Below are positions 49,301-64,000 of a DNA stretch of 64,000 nt, in pieces. A program made the translations under genes and the position numbers. This DNA is from the human T2T-CHM13v2.0 reference genome, Homo sapiens. The notes beneath the pieces were generated by a model. That model was not told the origin of the DNA, made no database searches, and worked only from the letters and a program-made list of their open reading frames with translations. The stretch is from the NCBI RefSeq assembly GCF_009914755.1, contig NC_060927.1; one strand, 5' to 3'. Each line of letters starts with the position of its first letter. Positions within the stretch are counted from its first letter, which is position 1.

Positions 49301-52300
49301 AAAGTGGAAGGGAAAGGAAAGGGAAGGAGATGTGCTAGGAAGGCCACATGCAATGAGGTCAGCCAGACAAGACCAGGCCCTCCCTCTCATGGCTATGACT
49401 TCAGGAATGTCACCTCACCTCTTGGGCCTGTTTCCTAGTTTCTAAAAGGGTACAAAAAATTGTACCAAGTGGGGCATGGTGGCACACACCTACAGTCCCT
49501 GCTACTCAGGAGGCTGAGGCGAGAGGATTGCTTGAAACCCAGTAGTTCAAGACTGGTCTAAGCCATATAGCGATACCCTGTCTCTGTGAAAACATTTTTA
49601 AAAAGAAAAAAAAAATTGTACCAACCTACAGAATTACTAAGACTGTCATATGGAAGGTGCTGCTCTGTGCAGCAATCTCACTCTGCACCTGCACATATGC
49701 AGGATTAAATGGGTGATATGTTTCCTGAGCCTATGAGCATCCTGTCCCCAATTTCCCAGTGTCCCTCCAGAAGCAGGGGCTGCAGGGAGAAGGGAGCAGG
49801 CAGGACTAGATGTACAGGGTACATCTAGTACCCCTGCCTTGCAGGGGCCCCAGCTCTAAGACTCCAGGGGATCCCTGTCTCAGCCACAACCCCAGTGCCG
49901 ATGACAAAGCAGGAGCTGCCAGGCCAGAGGGCCAGGGAAGCCCCACAGTGTGCCTGGCAGCTGCTGCACTCAAGAGGCAGACACCTCGCTGATGTGCTCC
50001 GTGCCCAGAGCACTTGCCTCAGAGGCACTCTGGGGACACAGGGCTCCATTCCCACCCCTTTCCTTTGGAGCCAAGTTCAGGGTGTGGGTGGGGGATCAGG
50101 TGTGGCTGGTTCCCCAGGCCAGCACAGAGCGGCTGCTCCGAAGATCTGTGGGTGTAGACAGGAGTCTTCACTTGGATGCAAGTGAGACAGTTGACTGCAA
50201 CGCTCTAGGGAGCTGCTTCTGAGCCACCCCTCAAGGCCCAGGGTTCTGGTGTGTCACTAGGACCCTGGGCCTTGCCCTTCCCATGGCCCTGAGTTCCCGG
50301 ATACCAACTGTGACTGTGACTCTTGGTGCAGAAGACCTGGGAGGGTCTGCTCGGCAGTGCAGCCCCTTGCTGGCACAGAGTCCTGGTTAGGTCCAGGCCT
50401 TCACCTCTGCCCCTAAGGATGTTCCCAGGGGCCCAGGGGCAGACAGTCCTCCCAGGAACAAAGCAGGATGTGGAAACAGCCACAGGGCCTGGTGGCCTGG
50501 CCTGATTTCTAGACTAGAAGAACCTTGGCTCTGGGGCGACAGAAGCCTGTTCCCTTCCATAGGTGGTGTGGGTGGGGGGTGGGGGTGGGGCAGCTGAGGG
50601 TGTGTCCCACTCAGCATGTCCAGCAATTGCCCTCCTTTCTCCTCAGCCCTAGCTCCCACACCTGCCCATGGTGCCAGGTCCCAGGGCCAACTGCTCCCTA
50701 GCAGCCGTGACACTTGTGGATGCCTTAGAGGCTTGTCTTGTTCAATCCTCACTCCCATCCTGTGAGGCAGTCCCACTTATTCCCCCATCGTCCGGAGGAA
50801 GAAACTGGGGCTCAGGGAGGTGAAGTCACTTGCTCCAAACCACCCAGTAACAGGCACCGGGGTTGAGATCACCATTCAAGTCACCCCACCTGCATTAATC
50901 ACTCTGCCTCTCAGCCTAGCCTCCCAATGTCACCACACTGAGGCCAGGCGGGTGGGGGCTGGGGGACTGAGGGACCTGTTGCACTGCTCTCAGCCCGTGG
51001 GCATTAGCCCAAAGCGGACCTCGGCGCCCAGAGGTGTGAAGCTGGCTCCTGCTGGTGCTCACCATGGGATCTTGGTGGGAATGACTTTGCTCCTTGTATG
51101 ACAAGAGGAGCTTAGAGGGCTGTGAGGCTCCAAAGATGCAGGCAGGCCCAGGAGGACAATGTCCAGTAGATCCCCGTAGTCCTCCCTGAAACCTCCAAGG
51201 CAGGCTTCTCAGGATACTCTGAGGGTCTTCTCCGGGCCCAGAGCAAAGACTTCTTAAATAACGCTGGGCCGCCCCTCCACAGACACAAACTCAACCTGGG
51301 ACCTCGAGGGTGGACAGATGCCCAAGGCTTCAAAATGACCATTCCTCAGGGGCCTTTACCATCCTGCCTTTACTGGTCAAGAAGTGATTCTCCGCCACCC
51401 CACAAAGCCGGAGTGAAAACCCCTGTCTAGCCAGTTAGAATCTTCCAGACAGGGCTACTTTGTTTTATCAGACAACAAAAGCCACGTCACCCCTGGGGGT
51501 TCCTCCGGAAGCTCTCCTGCCCTGCTTGGCCTGGTTCCAGTCATCACCCAACCCTGGGACAGAGAAGCCCCAGGACTGCGTTTCATGCTTGAGAGAGGGT
51601 GAGACTTGCTGGGGGACCACCCAACTGGTCAGTGATAGGGTCACGACCCAAACCATATCTGTCTGCTGCAGAAGCAGGGCCCCACTAGACCCACGGAGAC
51701 AAGCAGGCAGATGTCCAGCACTCTCAGCTCTGGGGCCTCACTAGTGCGCCCCAGCCGGCCCCCTCCAAGAAGGGGCCTCAGCCTCCTCACGCCATTTATC
51801 AGAGGGAGAGAGCAGGGACAGGGAGGTTAAGTGCCCTTTGCAGCCCTAGTCTGGGCTCCAGGGGGCGGGGGTGACTTGGCTTCTCCCAGCCTTCGCTTCC
51901 CGGGCTGAGAGGGGGCCGGACCTCCAGGGCGACATCGAGGTGTGTCTGGGAAGTCCAACCGGTGTCCCCTTTGGTCCGGCCGTCCCTAGGAGCCCGTTCC
52001 GCCCGGCGCCGCTCGCTGGCTTTGTCCACAGCACTCTCCCGCCCCAACTAAGGGTTGGCCGAGAACAAGGGTTTGGGGGCGTTTCCACCGCGGCTTCACG
52101 GCAGGCGGGACCCCGAAGGAAGTCGGCGGGGGCCCAGCACTCCGGCAGCCGCTCGAGGAGCCCCGAGCTCCTGCAGACCGAGCCGGGGAACAAACCTCCC
52201 GCCCGCCCCCGGGCGTCGGGGCGCCCCAGAGGCCCCCGGGATGAACGGCCGGAGCTTCTCGCGAAAAGCCGCCCGGCCCTTGCGCTCCGGGGCCCTGGCG

Positions 52301-53553
52301 AGCCCCACTGGGTGTTTCCCCGGAGGAGCGGCACCCTGGGGCTCGGTCCGTCCATCAGTCCACGCGGAAGACACCCCGGCGCACGTCCCGCCCCGGCTCA
52401 CCCACCGTGCACCAGTCTCCGCATGTCCTGGTAGCGAGCCCATAGGTGCGCGCTGAGGTCGGCGCCGCTGGTGGGTGCCTGGGCGGGCGCGGAGCGCGGG
52501 GCGCCGGGGCAGTGGGCGCCGGGACCCGGGGGGCCGCACCCAGGGCAGGAGGGCGAGGACGAGGCGGCTCGCGGCCCGCCGTGGCCTCCGCACAGCAGCC
52601 AGCGCCGAGCGGCCGCCCGCAGCCCCGCACCCGCCATGCCCACCGCGCGCCGCCCGCCGCCCGCGCTGCCCTCGGCCAGCCCGCCGCCCGCCGCCCGCCG
52701 CCCTCCGACTGCGCGCCCGCCACGGTGGCCTCGTGCTCCTCACGGCGGCCGGCCAATGGGTGCGGCGCGCGGAGCCCGGCCTGCCAATGGGCGCGCCCCT
52801 CGGCCCGGGGGGCGGGAGGCCCCGGACCCGGCGGGGCGGGGCGGGGCGGGGAGGGCTCCCCAGCCCCCTCCCCCAGCCAGTCTCCGGCGCGGTCCGGGAG
52901 GACTCTGCGCCCCCCTTCGGCCGTCACGCCGGCGATGGCGGCGCCTTTCCCTGGCCCCAGCCCTGGAAGTCAGCGGGCCTAAGAGCGGCCGTCCCTGAGA
53001 GGCTCCGGACGGCCGAGGCGCCGAGAGGAGACAGCCGGAGCGCGACGGGTACCCCCCGGGCCCCCGGGTCCTCTGCCGCCCTCTCCGCTCCCGGGTCCGC
53101 CCGCCCTACCCTGCGCCTCTGGATGCTTCTGACCCCAGATCCTCCGCTCCTCCCCCTAGTCCTGGTGCTCTCCTTTCCCGGGGTCCTGGTCCCCGGTCTC
53201 TGGGCTCGGACTGACTGCCCACTGACCAGAGCCCGGGCCAGTCCACTCACTGGTCTAACAAATAAAGAGCCCTTCCCGCGCTTCCCGGTGCCAGGCCCAC
53301 GCTGGGGGAGGCCGAGGGGCCTGCAGGGCAGCCGACGTCCGCTAACCAGGTGACTGGGCCGTGCGCTGCAGGGTTGTGGGCCACGGTCACTGCGCCCGCT
53401 TGGTTCGGACCTCGGCAACTGGCCGCACTGACCCGTCAACTCCCGGTTTCCCGGCGCACGCCCCTCGTGAGATGCTGTGGTCTTTTCTAGCAACGTCGAC
53501 AGGCTTTCCAACAAAATTCCTCTTTCCTGCGCAGAACCGCTCTCCACTCGCAT
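43378..53553 (-). CDS. NT5DC2: 5'-nucleotidase domain-containing 2 (HAD family, cN-II-like); isoform using the distal first exon, 520 aa
   Basis: Minus-strand exons 53553-53433, 48234-48050, 47835-47761, 47592-47537, 47439-47346, 47211-47083, 46973-46913, 46831-46729, 46618-46517, 46275-46194, 44199-44113, 44011-43871, 43789-43725, 43639-43378; total 1563 nt. HAD motifs [30 protein letters not shown]; ends GDMAHIR*. Confidence 0.96.
45570..45871 (-). mobile_element. AluJ-like
   Basis: Diverged full Alu body in an NT5DC2 intron. Confidence 0.9.
49469..49610 (+). mobile_element. FLAM monomer with TSD AAAAAATTGTACCAA
   Basis: Monomeric Alu; repeat at ~49454-49468 and ~49610-49624. Confidence 0.85.
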
Positions 53554-53670
53554 TTCTTCTGCTCAGATCCGTATTCCGAGCCCGCACGCATACCAGGCTG
53601 TGCTCAGGGTCCGGAGGAGGCCGACCCAGTAGCCGTGGGCCCTGTCGGAGGGGAGCCAGCTGGGCGCGCG
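51900..53670. promoter_or_regulatory. CpG island containing both NT5DC2 first exons; twin CCAAT boxes and GC boxes
   Basis: Very high GC and CpG density; CCAAT at 52753 and 52784; GGGGCGG runs at 52808-52850. Confidence 0.9.
52406..52637 (-). CDS. NT5DC2: NT5DC2 alternative proximal first coding exon (557-aa isoform)
   Basis: ATG at 52637, [18 protein letters not shown]...RRLVH, donor G|GTGGGT. 232 nt, same phase as the distal exon; total CDS 1674 nt. Confidence 0.9.
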
Positions 53671-54387
53671 TTGTTTTCTGAGGTGGCCTCGCTGTCTTTC
53701 AGGGTGTGTGTACATTCGAAACTCCACTGAACCTTGATTGAAGACCTACAGTGTGGCAGTCCATGGCCTGGGGACTGGTAAGGATTGAGGCCGTAGGATG
53801 GGCTCGAGTGTGGCGGTGTCCCCAGGGCCCCAGTGAGCAAGTGGGTGTGCTGGGAACCTGGCCACAAGTGAACCTCCTCCAGGCGAGGGGATGCCCTGCA
53901 GCATCCAGCCGTCAAAACCTCCTGTAGAAACGGGAGCGAGCATCAAGCCTGTGTGTGTGCATGCTTGGGCGGAGTCTACCCAGAGGAGAAAGAGGCTTCC
54001 GGGCTGGCCCTCCAAAGCCGGTTGTACAGGCGGCAGCTCAGGCTGCTCACTGCGGGCCCTATGACCCTTTCTGGGGCCCTGCTTGCTCTCTCCAGTCTGC
54101 TTTTGTATATTTTGTGTCCATATCACCAAATCGTCTCATTGGTTCTAAGCTTTCATTTACCTTCCTTAGATTGTCTAATAGTTGTCTCCTTTCTCAAAGC
54201 TGTTCCTGCAGTTTTTACTTTAGTCCTAGGTAATGGGGTGACAGCCCCTTTCAGTTATCTTCAGCAAGCACAGCAGCATGAGAAGACGCAATTACAAGTG
54301 AAGTCTCTTAAGTCAGAGCCCTGCTTCTACCTGGCATAGTCTCTTAAACTGTCAGTTAAGAGACTACATATAAACAATACACGTTCA

Positions 54388-54665
54388 GACTCGGCGCGGT
54401 GGCTCACGCCTGTAATCACAGCACTTTGGGAGGCCAAGGCAGGAGGATCTCTTGAGCCCAGGAGTTTGAGACTAGCCTGGCCAATATAGTGGGACCCCCA
54501 TCTCTACAAAAAATTAAAAAATTAGCCGGGCGTGGTGGTGCACGCCTGTAGTGGTGGGAGGATGGCTTGAGCCGGGGAGGAGGGGGTTGCAGTGAGCCGA
54601 GATTGCGCCACTGCACTTCAGCCTGGATGACAGAGCGAGGTCCTGTCTCAAGAAACAAACAAAAA
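54388..54665 (+). mobile_element. AluJ-like with internal deletion
   Basis: Alu body lacking part of the right arm (CCTGTAGT joined to GGTGGGAGGAT). Confidence 0.88.
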
Positions 54666-55214
54666 CCATGTTTGGGAATACATGTGAAGAGCGAGGGCTC
54701 TGCCAATCATTATCATCATAATGAATATTCTAACTAATATTAATCAGTTACTATGCTCCAGGGTTGTGTTCAGTGCATCATTCCTATTACCGCACTAAAT
54801 TATCACAGCGTCAGAACAAGGCCTCCGTTTTACGGCTTAGGGAATTGAGGCACAGATGGGCTAAGGGAGCACCTGTAGAGCAGGGATGTGGTTTGGTAAC
54901 AGAGTGCATGCTCTTTATACTGCTCTTCTGCGATTATTGTGAATAAAGCGCCTACAAGTGCCTGTGGAACTGTAAGTGCCCCATACAAGATAGCTTTTAT
55001 TAATTTTAGGGTTCTCACGGGGCGCTTACTTAGATTTTTGCTGTGATAATTGATAAAGTTCAGCTTTCAACACTCCATATCAAATTCTGTTACTTTAGAA
55101 GTCTAGGCACCAATCACGTCTCCGAAATAAACGCAAGGCATTGCATAATTGCATTTTGGAATGTGGTGCTGTACATAGTCCATCAGAGAGGGTCATCACT
55201 TCTATCTGGGTATT

Positions 55215-55655
55215 AGGAATAAAAATGGCGGTGGCAGAGTAGGGGGCGCGGCTGCCAACTGCGAGCTCAGACCTGCACTGGGGAGGCAGGGGGCGGGGCC
55301 GGGCCGGCGCCACGTGGGCTGTCCTTCCCTTTTGGGCCGTCCCACCTCCAGAGCTGAGGCGCCTGCGCCAGCTCCTTCGAGGCCCTGCTCGGCTTCAGGG
55401 AGCACGCGCGCCCTGCCGTGCTCTGATTGGCGGAGCTGCACGCCCCCGCTGCAGTCTGATTGGCGGATCCGCCTCGCTTTAGAAGGTCGGCGCCCAGTTC
55501 CGGCACTCGTGCGCCTACCAGACAGTGGCGGAGGACGGCGCTCGCTAGTCTCCCAGGTCGCGGTACACGGCGAGAACGGGCGGGGCGGTCTCGGCTGCGT
55601 CCGGGCGATCCAGTGCTTAGTTCCGTCATATCCCTCTCCACGACCTCGGTCGAGC
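55215..55655 (+). promoter_or_regulatory. SMIM4: SMIM4/UQCC5 CpG-island promoter
   Basis: YY1-like AAAATGGCGG (~55222), GC box (~55289), CACGTG (55311), two TCTGATTGGCGGA (55422, 55455). Confidence 0.75.
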
Positions 55656-59381
<3,726 letters not shown>

Positions 59382-59399
59382 GACTGAACTTCAGCAGTC

Positions 59400-59405
59400 A
59401 ATAAA
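59400..59405 (+). terminator. SMIM4: SMIM4 proximal polyadenylation signal
   Basis: AATAAA 18 nt after the stop, with U-rich sequence downstream. Confidence 0.8.
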
Positions 59406-60958
59406 GTCAATATGAATTTTTACTATTGGTTTCAGTGCCTTTTAAAATATACTTTTCAGATCTCTTGTTCTGACACAGCTTGTCCTTTATCAGCTGCACA
59501 ATATTCCAATAACTGTTTTTGCAAAGAATTTTTATAGTTCTGTCTCTGCTTGAGTACTTCCCAAGTCACTGCTGGACAGCACTTGTGGGAAAATTATTTC
59601 CTCCTAAAACACTCACTCGATGAATCTAGTCCATGAAATATTTCTTAAACAATTCAAGGATCAATCAGGATGCTTTTCAGTGAAGCCCGAATTGTTTTCG
59701 GCAATCTTTGTTTTTAGGCAACTAATTATAACCTTATTTACTTTTTTGCAGAATTCAAATTAAATTATGGACACATTCTCTATTGCCAGATCATTTAAAC
59801 CAGGATAATTATGCAGGTTGTATTTCTGCCAGCTACTAGACTATAAACTTTTTGCTAGGGTGGTGGAAATTCTTGATTGACTACGCATTTCTCATGCTAG
59901 TGTTCTTGTGAACAGAAATATGCTCCTCCCTTGCTTGGCTCCCCTAAACTGCAAGGGCTGGATCTTCATGAGGACTGTGGGCAACAGGTTTCACACTACT
60001 CTAGGATGAAGATGTTGCTGTTCGATTCAGCTGCTAGAAACAGTTGCTCCTTCCATGAGAAAGTGAACCTACACAGTATAAAGCATCCCAGACTTGAGCT
60101 AAATCAGAGGCTCAGTCTATTGAGTGATTTGGCAATCTGACCCAGTGTAAGTTTGGATCAGCCTGGTAGAAAAAGCAGATACCTTTCCATGCTTGCATAG
60201 CCACATCTAACATCGTTTCAAGCAAAAAAAAATCTACATACTAAAGACTAAGTTTCAGAATAGTTTCTAACTATTGCATGAGAATAAAGCTGATGCTTAA
60301 GGCCATAGGGTATCCTCAAGTTAATGATCTCTGCCACAAACATGTCTCCTAATTTTTTCTAGATTTTTCTTCTAATTTTAGTCCACTTATCTTAGAACCA
60401 ATTCAGTAAAGAACCATTAACTAACTACTCCCATCTCCTTAAAGCACTACCTACACTACAGTGCAGCAAGCCCAGAGTCACAGCTGGGAGATGGCTTGAA
60501 TGTGAAAGGCCAGTAATGACCTCTGCCATCAGGGAGAGGACGGTGGTTCATCGTATTCTCATGCCCAGTTGTGTCATCTAGGATTCCTGGTAAACCTAAC
60601 CTGATAAACCATTTTTAGTGACTTGACTGCTGTATAAAAACTATAGTATGATTCTCAATTATATGGCCATACTCCATGTTTGCCCTAACCCACCTTGTTT
60701 TAGGAGTTTAATATTTGATACATATAGAAAATACGTCATACCTTTTACAAAGAATAATAGTAAACACTAATAAAACCATTGGCTAACTTTTGTGTCTGCT
60801 GTGGGTTCATTCCCTGGCCCATCCCCCTGCTTCCACCCCACAGAGAACCATTAGACTGAATTTTGTGTTGGCCTTCTCTAGAGCTTTCCTCTCCATTTCT
60901 TTTTCTTCTTTCCATTAGAATGTTAATTTATTTAAGGACAACAGACTTTGAAAATGAT

Positions 60959-61736
<778 letters not shown>

Positions 61737-61844
61737 TTAGGCAGGTAGACTACCAAAGCAATTATTGTATTCAATGGAAGATAGGTTTTCAGAGCACATT
61801 AGTTTGGATGCTGTGAGTGAGAACTCATTTGTTAGGGTGCAAGC

Positions 61845-62125
<281 letters not shown>

Positions 62126-62218
62126 AAGGTATATAAGCTTTTAATTTTTCCTCAAAAGTATTTTTAACTCTCCTACTAGGAATGACTCTATCCTACTTAT
62201 CAGACACTGAACTATTTA

Positions 62219-62519
<301 letters not shown>

Positions 62520-62918
62520 GCCGTGAAAAGAATTGCAGTACCACCAACTGTAAACTACAGGGCATAAATTTTAATAAATTTCAAGAACTATACTTATTGC
62601 AGAATGCTGAAAACCTGATTAGCATTTATTACTAGAACTCTACCTCCACTGTGGTGTTGGGGAAAGAATATGGGCTTTGGAGTGTCACTTTATTATCTGA
62701 ATTTATAGAGAAAGTACCTAATAATAGTACAACAGTATTACAGCCCCCCCCAAAAAAAGAAAGAAAAAAAGTAGTGAATAAATGAGTTATTTTTGTTCAT
62801 CTAGCAGTTCTATTTTGGAAGTCTTACCTACATCCCTGATGTGATATTTAATCTCCATTTTGTGTGTGTGTTTAAATTTTTCACACTGAATTAACTCTCT
62901 TTAAAGAAATATACTCTT

Positions 62919-63190
<272 letters not shown>

Positions 63191-63393
63191 TTATCTCCTA
63201 GTAAAGCATGTTAGTGCTTAGTCTTCACACGAGTATTAAATCTGGAGTTTCTTGTCTCATTTATGTGCTATCTGCAAGATGTAAATACCATGAAATAGCC
63301 AAAACAGGGAAAAGGGACAGTCCATTAATTTGTTTAGTTCTGAACTTTCATTCAGGGACCTAACATACTTCCAGGCTAAAATGGAACAGAGTA

Positions 63394-63629
63394 GGCTGGG
63401 CGCAGTGGCTCACACCTGTAACCTTAGCACTTTGGGAGGCTGAGGCAGGTGGATCACTTGAGGCCAGGAGTTCAAAACCAGCCTAGCCAATATGGAGAAA
63501 CCCTGTCTCTACTAAAAATTCAAAAATTAGCCAGGCATGGTGGCGCATGCTGCAGTGAGCCAAGGTTGCACCACTGCACTCCAGCCTGGGTGACAGAGTG
63601 AGGTTCCGTCTCAAAAGAAAAAAAAAAAA
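63394..63629 (+). mobile_element. AluS-like with internal deletion
   Basis: GCGCATGC joined to TGCAGTGAGCC; GGAACAGA(G/A)TA flanks. Confidence 0.88.
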
Positions 63630-64000
63630 GGAACAGAATAATAGCAATATTTGTTTGCTCAGTGTTCAGATGGGATGTCTAGCTATACATCAATGATTGT
63701 TCAAAATATGCTCAGGGGCACAGATGCCGGTACTATCCTAAATTCAGGAGAACAGAACCACAGGGATTTGCAAAGTGATATTAGAGGAAAACAGTTGGTT
63801 GCTTTTACCAACACTTTCTATTAAAAGCATGGTCATGTTTTAAGAGTTTATAAAGATGTTAAAGACACCTGGGCCACCTGTTTCTTCTGGCCACAGACAA
63901 GCTATTTGAAGTGGGCTATACTGCTTACATGCTTTCCTCACTTTCCGCCCTCAGTAATTCTCCAATTTTAATTTCAACCTGCATTTCTGCCCATGCTGAG

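Noticed and set aside
52055-53353. Many overlapping 130-290 aa Arg/Pro/Gly-rich ORFs
   Set aside because: Stop-codon scarcity in a CpG island
55314-55655. In-frame upstream extension of the SMIM4 ORF (166 aa in the track)
   Set aside because: Starts at a non-ATG codon within promoter motifs; the ATG at 55656 gives the known 70-aa protein
63630-64000. Possible 3' end of PBRM1, which I recall lies next on the minus strand
   Set aside because: No coding sequence or clear poly(A) signal for it is visible inside the window

Overview
Human genomic DNA (GC-rich, Alu-containing, spliceosomal introns), recognisable as the chr3p21 NISCH-STAB1-NT5DC2-SMIM4(UQCC5) block. It contains four genes: (1) the last 8 coding exons of NISCH (+); (2) the complete STAB1 gene (+), where 69 exons read by hand sum to 7713 nt = 2570 aa; (3) the complete NT5DC2 gene (-), with two alternative first exons giving 520 and 557 aa and a 3' end overlapping STAB1 tail-to-tail; (4) the two-exon microprotein gene SMIM4/UQCC5 (+; 70 aa), head-to-head with NT5DC2 across CpG islands. 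Repeats include many Alus (one young AluYa5), MER58 and MER2 DNA-transposon fossils, and L2/MIR remnants. There is no prokaryote-type system, and most entries in the ORF track are spurious. The most striking unexplained structure is a non-repeat 75-nt inverted repeat (71/75) in STAB1. It pairs intron 1 with the branch point, 3' splice site and start of exon 4, looping out exons 2-3; skipping exons 2-4 is in frame. Other splice-related oddities in STAB1 are a duplicated donor just before the TM exon, an in-frame cryptic donor that deletes about one EGF repeat, and G-rich acceptors, one with a perfect TACTAAC. All coordinates were counted by eye; repeat-family and variant names are from memory, not from a search.
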